Shown: piece by piece, positions 9,664-17,348 of the stretch | Layout of the letters: each line of letters begins with the position of its first letter | How positions within the stretch are numbered: the stretch's first letter is position 1 | DNA from: a candidate division TM6 bacterium GW2011_GWF2_38_10 | GTDB taxonomy: Bacteria; Babelota; Babeliae; Babelales; RVW-14 | Direction of reading: 5' to 3' | Assembly (NCBI GenBank): GCA_000992305.1 | Contig: LBTY01000001.1 | Location: 848 to 64,847 of the forward strand | Length of the DNA stretch: 64,000 nucleotides | Program-made: the position numbers and the translations under genes | The notes under the pieces: generated by a model | Told to the model about the DNA's origin: nothing | The model's database searches: none | Seen by the model: only the letters and a program-made list of their open reading frames with translations

Positions 9664-11141
9664 TGATGCAGTATAAAAAACATGTATATGCCGTTGGGCT
9701 TTTTCTTTTGGTTGTCGTTATTCTTGGTTTTTGCATACCAACGTGGGGTTTTAAGACTGATGACTGGGGGAATATTTGGCAAAGTATTACATCGTCTATG
9801 AGTGAATGGGGGAGGTTTTTTGTCGATTGCAAGAGTATCGAAATTTTTAATCATCCGTGTAATATTTCCCCAGCTCAACAAGAGCAGGCTTTTTTTTGCG
9901 GGTTATTTCGGCCGATGTCATTTTTATACTATGCGCCGCAGTATTGGTTGTTTGGATCGTGTGCGTATGGATATTTTTTAACAACTATTGTTATGCATGC
10001 CTTGGCAAGTGTTACTTTTTTTTATGTACTGGCTCATTTTTTTACTTGTGCGTGGGCTTTTTTGGGGGCATCTTTTTTTGCATTTCATCCGAGCCTTGGT
10101 CGGTGGCTTGGGTGGGTTAGTGCGCAAACGTACCAGATAGAATTGTTTGTGTTGCTGATGATTATTTTGTTGTTGTTGTATGTTTTAAATCGTCGATCAT
10201 ATCTTGCGTATGTACTTGCGCTTGTGTTGTTTGCAAGTAACTTATTTTTACGTGAACAAACATTTTTTTTACCGCTGTGGCTTATGGGGGCCATTGCTTT
10301 GTATCGTTATTATTGGAAGCGGCGGGGGGGGGGGCAGAGCGTTTTTTATGGTATTGCTTTGTCATTGCCTTTTTTGGGAACCTCAGCGTTTTATATTTTC
10401 CAGCGGCTTCGTTTTTTTCCGCTTACGGCTAAAACAACGACGCTCACGTTCGAGCCAACGTGGGCGTCCTTCATTAATCGAATGATTGAGCGGAAGTATG
10501 ATTTTGTAACGTATGTTGTGGATATGTTTGGATTTTCGTGGATGCCGGGTAATAATCAGCTTATTAAAGGTGTTGTGCTTGTAAGTGTTGTGTTTATGTT
10601 GCTTTTACTTTTTCGTCGTTATGGTTATTTTATTCCTGCACTTTTTATGGCGGCAAGTATTCCACTTTTTAGTTGGCCTTCACTTTTAATGCATGCTCAG
10701 CCGCGGTATATGTACATGGCTTTGCCCATTTTTATTGCTTTTGTAATGATGCTTTTGTGGCCATTAATTCACCAACGTACAGTTCGTTTTTTTGTGGCAT
10801 TTTTGGTGATGTTGGTGGTTGGCGCACATGGTTTTTTTGTATTCACTACAATGCACAAGCGTAGTAGCATGCTTGCGATGGTTACCGATTCGTTTATTAC
10901 CTTATTAAAAAATCCAAAAACCGATCATAAAGCTCTTTGTTTTATTAATCCCCCGGCCGAGTATTTTCAGGCTGGATCAGCGCAAGCTGTGTGGTTATTG
11001 CGCGCAAGTGATCAATATCCGGTATATCAGGTTGATGGGGTTGATGCTACAACCTATCAGCTTGAGCAGCAGTATCAGCGCCATAATCCCGTGTATATTT
11101 TGTGGGATGAGCAAGCGCAAAAATTTGTTATTCGGGATTAA
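9660..11141 (+). CDS. Polytopic membrane protein, GT-C-fold glycosyltransferase-like (PMT/TMTC/ArnT-type), paralogue 1
   Basis: Many hydrophobic helices. Early-loop acidic motif KTDDWG, then GLFRPMSFLYY, then REQTFFLPLW. The pattern is shared with the two downstream ORFs. Translationally coupled to the transketolase C subunit. Confidence 0.55.
   Translation: MMMQYKKHVYAVGLFLLVVVILGFCIPTWGFKTDDWGNIWQSITSSMSEWGRFFVDCKSIEIFNHPCNISPAQQEQAFFCGLFRPMSFLYYAPQYWLFGSCAYGYFLTTIVMHALASVTFFYVLAHFFTCAWAFLGASFFAFHPSLGRWLGWVSAQTYQIELFVLLMIILLLLYVLNRRSYLAYVLALVLFASNLFLREQTFFLPLWLMGAIALYRYYWKRRGGGQSVFYGIALSLPFLGTSAFYIFQRLRFFPLTAKTTTLTFEPTWASFINRMIERKYDFVTYVVDMFGFSWMPGNNQLIKGVVLVSVVFMLLLLFRRYGYFIPALFMAASIPLFSWPSLLMHAQPRYMYMALPIFIAFVMMLLWPLIHQRTVRFFVAFLVMLVVGAHGFFVFTTMHKRSSMLAMVTDSFITLLKNPKTDHKALCFINPPAEYFQAGSAQAVWLLRASDQYPVYQVDGVDATTYQLEQQYQRHNPVYILWDEQAQKFVIRD
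10324..10334 (+). repeat. Homopolymeric G tract (11 G) inside the GT-C paralogue 1 coding sequence
   Basis: Sequence aag cgg cgg ggg ggg ggg cag, encoding KRRGGGQ. Counted directly: positions 10324-10334 are all G. Confidence 0.95.
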
Positions 11142-11170
11142 TATAATTTTTTTGCACAGGGAGTAAGGGC

Positions 11171-12862
11171 GTGGTGGGTATTATAAAAAAAACTGGGGCG
11201 TGGTATTGCGCCCTATGGCTTTTTGTTTTTTGTTTTTTTGCGGTTGTTGGTATGGGGTGGTGGTTTCATGGAGATGATTTTTCTGGCCTTGCTCTTGGTA
11301 AGGCTATGCAGTCATGGGATGCTTTTTGGGCTCATCTTGTACAAGGTAATGTGAATAAATATTTTTTCCCCTCACATCATCCATTGTATGTGCCATTTAC
11401 CAATGAGCATGGACCGGCGCTTTCATTTTTTCAGGTGTATTATCGGCCAGTGCAGTGTGCTTATTTTGCATTTGCTCATTGGGCATTTGGATACGTAGGA
11501 TATTATTATTTTTTAGTTAATGTTGCCTTGCATGCGTGCAATACAACGGTATTATTTGCTTTTTTGCGTAAATTTACCACAACGTGGTGGGCGCTGGGGC
11601 TGGCTCTTTTTTTCGCTTTACATCCTCAGATTGGCTATCGCTTTGGAACGAGTGCTAATTTTCAGTACTATCTTAATGTTTTGCTTATGCTTGCGCTTGT
11701 ATGGGCGTATAAAAAATATCTTGATGGCGCCTCGTGGTCTTATCTTATGTGGTCTGTAGCGTTATTTTTTTTAGCGCTTTTTACGCGTGAAACAGTTATC
11801 GTTTTACCTCCTCTTTTGTGGCTTGGCGCGTGGGTGTACACAAAGCGTTTTGGTTGGAGTGCTATCGCTCATGGCATAGTCGTGCTTTTTTATCTTGCCG
11901 TGCGCTTGGCGCAGTACCCTTTGCCCACAAAGTCTGCTTTTGGCGGGGGCGGGTTGAATGTTGTGCAACTTTTGTTGGAGCGCAAAGATCAGTTTTTAGT
12001 TTGTTTGTATGATTCTTTGGGGTTGTCGTGGCTTTTGCATGGGTCTAAGGGGTTGCGGGTTATGTTAGTTGGGGTTGTTGCGGCAATTGTTTTGATGGCA
12101 TGGCGTCGACATGCACATTCCCTGGCATTATTTTTTTTATTAGGAGCCTATGTGTTATTACTTTGGCCATCGTGTTTTGGCGCTTATAGCCCTCGTTATT
12201 TTTATGAAGCATCACCAGCCTTACTTGCATTTTTTGCTGTGCTGCGCGGCAAGCAGCGTGTGCCGCTTTGGGTAGTGCGTTTTGGGGCGGGGGCTTGTGG
12301 AGCATTTTTAGCACTTTGCGCTTATTTTATCATGATAAATATTTCGTGCAGGGCGCAAAAAATGATGGCAATGCGTGATGGTTTTTGTTCATTAATGCAT
12401 GATGTTCGTGTAACAAGCGGGGAGCGACCGCTTGTATTTATTGGAGTTCCGATTGATGGATTTGGGACAGGAATTGAATGGGCTGCCTGGTTGTTTTTAA
12501 CGCCTTTGCATAATCAGGTGTATTATGATCCGTGCACCATAGTAACGCAGTATAAACGTAATGTGGTTATGCCCGTCGGATGGTACATGCGGTGCGCGCC
12601 GTATTATGAAAAACAATATGTTGCGATAGCAAAAGAGGGGCGGCGCATACGGTTTTGTAGTGTTGATCCAGCGTTTGTGCATTTTATTATTCAGCCGCAA
12701 TTATTGAGCCTTGGTGAGTATGACATTCACAAAAAAATGGTTATTGATGGTGTTGAAGTTGTGGTTGATTTTACGCTTGTTTTGGATGAGTTGTTGTATA
12801 AAAAAAATCCATTAGTTATAACGTGGAATTATGAACACAAAAAATGTTACGTACTTGAGTAG
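11171..12862 (+). CDS. GT-C-fold glycosyltransferase-like membrane protein, paralogue 2
   Basis: GTG start preceded by gggag. Motifs HGDDFSG, VYYRPVQCAYFAF and RETVIVLPPLLW. Polytopic. Confidence 0.55.
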   Translation: MVGIIKKTGAWYCALWLFVFCFFAVVGMGWWFHGDDFSGLALGKAMQSWDAFWAHLVQGNVNKYFFPSHHPLYVPFTNEHGPALSFFQVYYRPVQCAYFAFAHWAFGYVGYYYFLVNVALHACNTTVLFAFLRKFTTTWWALGLALFFALHPQIGYRFGTSANFQYYLNVLLMLALVWAYKKYLDGASWSYLMWSVALFFLALFTRETVIVLPPLLWLGAWVYTKRFGWSAIAHGIVVLFYLAVRLAQYPLPTKSAFGGGGLNVVQLLLERKDQFLVCLYDSLGLSWLLHGSKGLRVMLVGVVAAIVLMAWRRHAHSLALFFLLGAYVLLLWPSCFGAYSPRYFYEASPALLAFFAVLRGKQRVPLWVVRFGAGACGAFLALCAYFIMINISCRAQKMMAMRDGFCSLMHDVRVTSGERPLVFIGVPIDGFGTGIEWAAWLFLTPLHNQVYYDPCTIVTQYKRNVVMPVGWYMRCAPYYEKQYVAIAKEGRRIRFCSVDPAFVHFIIQPQLLSLGEYDIHKKMVIDGVEVVVDFTLVLDELLYKKNPLVITWNYEHKKCYVLE

Positions 12863-14261
12863 GTGGTGGGCGCTTTTTTTGTTGCCGGTGATAACATTTA
12901 TTTTTTTTGTTGTTGCTGGTTATGGATGGGAATTTTATAAAGAAGAAATTGATTTATTTTGTGCTGCCGACAAGGTTCAGTCATGGCGTGATATACTTAC
13001 GTTTTTTTTAGATGGAAATGCCAGTGGCAATGCTCATCCGAGTAATTACGTTGCGCCGCCATTAACGGTTTTTTCGTCATTTTATCGTCCGTTACTTTTT
13101 GTGAGCGCGTATGTGCAGTATGTTCTTTTTGGCATGCGTCCTTATCTGCACTATATAATTTCTATAGCATTTCATTGTTGTACCATTCCTGTTATGTATA
13201 TTTGGTTAACGCGCTGGATTTCTTCTGCTATTGCTGCGGCTGCATGTACGTTATTGGCTTTGCATCCTGCATGGGCCTTGTGGATTGGAAGTCCCAATAT
13301 GCAGCAGTATACCGTCAATACGCTGTTGATTGTGTTGATCGCATTAAGCGCGCATAATTTTGTGCTCAAAAAAAGTTGGTATGATCTATTAGCGGTGGCC
13401 GGTATGAGCATTGTTTCAATTTTTTATCGTGAAACCATGGTTGTGGCCCCCTTCTTTGTTGTAATGCTAGCTATGGGGCTGTCGGCGCATCGACGAGCGC
13501 TTATTGTTTTGTCTGCCGTGCTGAGTTTAATAAGCGCAGGGTATGTTGCATGCAAATTGTTTTTATACCCTTTGAGTGCGCCGGGTGCTGTTTCATCATC
13601 ATTTACCAACATGCATCATAGCATTGTATCGTTTTTGGGGCAGATAAAACTTTTTATAAGTGATTTTTGTGCGCTTTCATGGTTCCCGCAAGGGTATTCG
13701 TTAATAAAGGGTTTTGTTTTGGTTGCAATGCTGAGTGCTGCTTTTTTGTTGTGGCGGCCTTCTGCTTATAAGTGGCAGCTTGGATATGCGGCGCTGGGTA
13801 TGTTTTTTTTGTTATGGCCTGCTTTTTTGATAGGATATTTTTCGCCGAGCCGTTATTTTTATGAGGCATCGCCGGCTTATTTTTTGCTCGTTGGGTTATT
13901 GTTTGAGGGGCAAGGCCGGCGCGTGGTGCGGTGGGGGTGTATTATTCTTTTTATGTGTTTGAGCGGTTCGCTTGTGTATACGTGGCATACTATTTACGAG
14001 CGCAAAAAGGCCCCAGCGCTTTTTGCAGCAGCTTTAGCTCCATTGCGGAACAATGAAGTTATTAAACATAATGCGCTTTGTTTTGTAGGGTTTCCGTCGC
14101 ATCTATGTTCAACGGGCATTGCTCAGCAGATGTGGTTATATCGCATGAATGATTATCACTCTATTTATGTTGTTGATACGATGGAGCAGGCGGCTGAGTA
14201 TGATGCGGTGTTGATTGGGTGGGATGATAAAAATTATAATTTTTCTAAAGGAAGATTTTGA
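12831..14261 (+). CDS. GT-C-fold glycosyltransferase-like membrane protein, paralogue 3, with an apparently replaced C-terminal tail
   Basis: Motifs SFYRPLLFVSAY and RETMVVAPFFV. Overlaps paralogue 2 by 32 nt. The last 12 or so residues (DKNYNFSKGRF) diverge exactly where the 140-bp repeat ends at 14227. Confidence 0.55.
   Translation: MNTKNVTYLSRWWALFLLPVITFIFFVVAGYGWEFYKEEIDLFCAADKVQSWRDILTFFLDGNASGNAHPSNYVAPPLTVFSSFYRPLLFVSAYVQYVLFGMRPYLHYIISIAFHCCTIPVMYIWLTRWISSAIAAAACTLLALHPAWALWIGSPNMQQYTVNTLLIVLIALSAHNFVLKKSWYDLLAVAGMSIVSIFYRETMVVAPFFVVMLAMGLSAHRRALIVLSAVLSLISAGYVACKLFLYPLSAPGAVSSSFTNMHHSIVSFLGQIKLFISDFCALSWFPQGYSLIKGFVLVAMLSAAFLLWRPSAYKWQLGYAALGMFFLLWPAFLIGYFSPSRYFYEASPAYFLLVGLLFEGQGRRVVRWGCIILFMCLSGSLVYTWHTIYERKKAPALFAAALAPLRNNEVIKHNALCFVGFPSHLCSTGIAQQMWLYRMNDYHSIYVVDTMEQAAEYDAVLIGWDDKNYNFSKGRF
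14088..14227 (+). repeat. Direct repeat copy 1 (140 bp), the 3-prime end of GT-C paralogue 3
   Basis: Hand alignment with 17403-17542 gives 137 of 140 identical positions. The mismatches lie in ccgTcgc/ccgCcgc, tcacT/tcacC and gcagG/gcagT. Confidence 0.9.
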
Positions 14262-14404
14262 TGAAGAAAAAATGGCCAGTTATAAGGTAAGATACCACAA
14301 CGAAACCATGATTAACAGATTTTTTTCAATGTTAGCGCCAGGGGTAACTTTGAAAAAATCAACCCCTATTTTCAAGGAGGCCGTGAACTATGGAACTATT
14401 AATT

Positions 14405-14653
14405 TTAGTTAACGTTTAAAACTGTCCACAGTATTGTTATTGGCGTATTGATAAAAAGATCTTCTGGTTTTTCAGCATTAAAATTATAACTGATTATCAA
14501 GTCGCCAACTTTTAGATCTTTTATAGGGATTAAGCCGTTTGGCGTTAAAACTTGTTGTGTTTCAATATGCCCTGCAAACGAGGTGTTTATAATGCTCATG
14601 TTGCATAAAATGATACTTAAGAATAACAGCAATTGCTTTTTGATAGTGAACAT
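14405..14653 (-). pseudogene. Truncated 5-prime copy of the Hint-domain toxin gene (signal peptide plus the start of the Hint domain only)
   Basis: The 82-aa ORF MFTIKKQLLLFLSIILCNMSIINTSFAGHIETQQVLTPNGLIPIKDLKVGDLIISYNFN... is nearly identical to the N-terminus of 15148-16446. Homology, including about 45 nt upstream of the ATG, ends near 14436, and the ORF stops soon after. Confidence 0.7.
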
Positions 14654-14728
14654 GAATCTGTTCCTTGGGAATTTATTTTAATAATTTTGGTGGTAAGTAT
14701 TTTGTTATTTTGCATAATAATTTTTTAT

Positions 14729-15133
14729 TTAATTTATTATTTTCATAGTTGGTTTTTTTGGATCAATTAAATATACAGATTCGCCTATAACTTTAATAGT
14801 TAAATCATGAGTCATACTATTATCATCAACGTGGCTTGCTTCTATAGTAAATTCATATAAATTATGACTAATTTGTTTTGCATAAATATCATAAATTTCA
14901 TCATTTGGTAGTAAACCAGATTGATCAAATATTATTTTTTTTACGCCATCTATAACTATTATCCCATTTTCTATATCTTCAGTTGTATAAAAATTCCATT
15001 TCCCTAAAATATCTCTTATTCGAGATATACAGTTTATATGTATTTCGAAATTGTTATCTATACCATTAATTACCATTTTAGTACAATATCGATCTCCTAG
15101 ATAAAGAGTTTTTAAAAAATCGATTGTATTCAT
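14729..15133 (-). CDS. Candidate immunity protein for the upstream Hint-domain toxin
   Basis: Small ORF directly downstream of the toxin stop at 15148. I prefer the ATG at 15133 (MNTIDFLKTLYLGDRYC...), preceded by aaagga, over the TTG at 15163. No signal peptide. The function is inferred from position only. Confidence 0.45.
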   Translation of the reverse strand: MNTIDFLKTLYLGDRYCTKMVINGIDNNFEIHINCISRIRDILGKWNFYTTEDIENGIIVIDGVKKIIFDQSGLLPNDEIYDIYAKQISHNLYEFTIEASHVDDNSMTHDLTIKVIGESVYLIDPKKPTMKIIN

Positions 15134-15147
15134 AAGTGTTAATCCTT

Positions 15148-16446
15148 TTAATATATTGGCCAATGAGCTTCGGAGCTATTATTTGGAACGATATTACCTT
15201 TTGTGTTAATAGATGGGCCTTGTCCTTTTTTGCCTGGTCCAGTCCCTTCTAGATGTGCATGGCCATGAGGTAAGTCTGATTTGGGTGGATGTCCGTGAGG
15301 GTTTAGCCTTTGATAATTGGATCCATTTGGATAAGTAGTATGCGTATCAATACCATTTTTTCCAGCGGGTATTGTTTTTCCTCCAATCGGCTCTACCATT
15401 ATATTTCCTTTATTATCAACTATAAATCGACCAATCTCTTTCCCTGTGTTTTTATCAATAATTGGCTTTTCCTTATCTCTATCTTTTTTTCCAAATGGCG
15501 GGGGCGGAGGGGGATTTTTGTTGCCTTTAGGATCTTTATTTTTTTCTGAGAGTTCTTGATTTTTAGAATTATCATCAGAATTTTTATCTATAGACATTTC
15601 AAGAAATAATTGTTCTTTATGCCCTTTGTCAAATAATGTATAGAGCGCATAAGATCCCACCGCCGCGGCGCCGATAGCCCAGCCGGCGGGGCCTGCAAGT
15701 AAACTTAAGCCCCCGGCAGCAATACTTGCTCCCGCAAAAGATAATGATGCTGGGGTGGAGCCAAATGCCAAGGAAATTCCTGCTGCAAGTGCTGGTAAGC
15801 CATTGTGCATTAATATCAGTGGAATATTTTTGTCGTCTTTGCAAGCTATGCCTTGTGAAAATACCGGAATTAAGTAATTATGGGGTTCTTGCAATTCAAT
15901 GGAATACAGGTCAATGCGAGTAAATATAGTTTTTCTTTTAACACGTTTTATGCTTTTCCAAAAATATTTTTTTACTCTTCTTTCTACCTTGTACAGCTCT
16001 TTTTTATGTGTTTGAGTAATGGGAATAGTGAGTAGATTGGAATCAAGAAGCATGTGGCTAGAGGTAAGATATTGTGCTTCAATAACTTCTATGCCAAAAG
16101 TTAGACTCTCCTGATCTTTATCTTCTTGTGTCGCTACTAAAAATTTTTGTTGAGGAGAAGCGCTGATGCATCGATTATCTTCAATGTAAATTTCATAAAG
16201 TGCATCAGCATAATTTTTTTGAGTTTTTATTATTGGCGTATTGATAAAAAGATTTTCAGGTTTTTTAGTATTAAAATTATAACTGATTACCAAATCGCCA
16301 ACTTTAAGATCTTTTATGGAGATCAATCCATTTGGCGTTAAAACTTGTTGTGTTTCAATATGCCCTGCAAAGGAGACGTTTATAATGCTTATGTTGCATA
16401 AAATGATACTTAAGAATAACAGCAATTGCTTTTTGATAGTGAACAT
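15148..16446 (-). CDS. Secreted Hint-domain polymorphic-toxin-like protein. Architecture: signal peptide, degenerate Hint domain, Gly/Ala-rich hydrophobic segment, charged/poly-Pro linker, His-rich C-terminal module
   Basis: Signal peptide MFTIKKQLLLFLSIILCNISIINVSFA. Hint-like blocks VLTPNGLISIKDLKVGDLV and PHNYLIP...PLILMHN, ending in the intein-type HN. Then GLPALAAGISLAFG...GPAGWAIGAAAVG, then KNPPPPPPFGKK. C-terminal module: GIDTHTTYPNGSNYQRLNPHGHPPKSDLPHGHAHLEGTGPGKKGQGPS...SEAHWPIY. Confidence 0.6.
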   Translation of the reverse strand: MFTIKKQLLLFLSIILCNISIINVSFAGHIETQQVLTPNGLISIKDLKVGDLVISYNFNTKKPENLFINTPIIKTQKNYADALYEIYIEDNRCISASPQQKFLVATQEDKDQESLTFGIEVIEAQYLTSSHMLLDSNLLTIPITQTHKKELYKVERRVKKYFWKSIKRVKRKTIFTRIDLYSIELQEPHNYLIPVFSQGIACKDDKNIPLILMHNGLPALAAGISLAFGSTPASLSFAGASIAAGGLSLLAGPAGWAIGAAAVGSYALYTLFDKGHKEQLFLEMSIDKNSDDNSKNQELSEKNKDPKGNKNPPPPPPFGKKDRDKEKPIIDKNTGKEIGRFIVDNKGNIMVEPIGGKTIPAGKNGIDTHTTYPNGSNYQRLNPHGHPPKSDLPHGHAHLEGTGPGKKGQGPSINTKGNIVPNNSSEAHWPIY

Positions 16447-16643
16447 GGACCTACCACTTATGGAATTTATACCAATAATTTTGGGGTAATGTAGAACGGT
16501 TTTTTTAAAAAAGCAACAGATTTTTTGAATTTATTTAAACCATTTTGAGATTTTAAAGTCCTCGCTTTTTCCACCATTCATCAGTTTTAAATTCATTAGG
16601 AAAGTTTTTTTTGTAAACAATATCAAATTTAAGTTCATTAGAT

Positions 16644-17244
16644 CTTATGCACAATAAGGAACTTTAGATAAAAAAAAAGTGGGCAATCTTTTTTTAGCCG
16701 ATTAAGCTAAAAATTGAAAAAGGGACTGACTACACGAACATGATAGAAAAAATAATGAAAAATGAAAAGAAATGTAAAAGATTTTTTTGGATAAGCAGTC
16801 AACAAATTGACACTCTCATTAAGCGTTTAGAGCCCTTTTTAAGGGAATATAAAAATGCTCGCTTATCACGATTTAATAGAAAAAAGGCTCTTGGTGGCGG
16901 ACGTCAATTCGATCCTGATGCACTAAAAACCATGCTGCGTTTGTCTTTTGTACTACAAGTTGTATCTAACACAAGAATTTGTTACCCTCATTTTTATCGT
17001 TAATCAAAGCACTGTCTCGCGAATTATTTCATGGCTTTCAAAGTTAATATAAAAGGCCGCCGATCCAGAGTTTGAAACAATTCTTCACAAAACAGAAGTT
17101 ATCACAAAACAACGTATTAGAAATTTTGTTGAACTGCGAAAAGCATACCCTGATTTTGCAGATGGTTATAACGGATGCAAGTGAAACACCGTGTAATGGG
17201 TATAGGGGAGCTACATTTTATAAATAAATTTTATTGTGCATAAG
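16644..17244 (+). mobile_element. Decayed IS remnant (IS5/DDE_Tnp_4-like) bounded by 14-bp inverted repeats
   Basis: Perfect inverted repeats: cttatgcacaataa (16644-16657) and ttattgtgcataag (17231-17244). They enclose frameshifted transposase fragments. Confidence 0.55.
16740..17215 (+). pseudogene. Frameshifted and truncated transposase (HTH_Tnp_4 plus the start of a DDE_Tnp_4-like domain)
   Basis: The ORF 16740-17003 (...RFNRKKALGGGRQFDPD...) continues in another frame as LLYYKLYLTQEFVTLIFIVNQSTVSRIISWLSKLI. Later, in yet another frame, it reads LQMVITDASETPCNG, which resembles the first catalytic-D block. There are stops in all frames after that. Confidence 0.55.
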
Positions 17245-17262
17245 CTCTATTTCATTAATCCT

Positions 17263-17333
17263 TATTTAAATCATCGCAAAGAGTTAATCTTTTTGGTGTG
17301 TATAGCATAGATTCTTAATGGTGCCTATGCTTC
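17263..17333. repeat. Dispersed roughly 70-nt repeat, copy A
   Basis: tatttaaatcatcgcaaagagttaatctttttggtgtgtatagcatagattcttaatggtgcctatgcttc aligns with 51545-51615. The 20-nt core gtatagcatagattcttaat is identical in both copies (17300-17319 and 51582-51601). Confidence 0.8.
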
Positions 17334-17348
17334 CAGGGTTACTGATAA

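Noticed and set aside
14215-14412. 65-aa plus-strand ORF spanning the repeat/island junction
   Set aside because: It starts inside GT-C paralogue 3 in another frame and runs across the junction. It has no RBS or motif and is most likely a chance ORF.
16560-16643. An inverted copy of the 70-nt dispersed repeat on the left side of the IS remnant
   Set aside because: Only a 7-nt match (caccatt) was found, which is not convincing.
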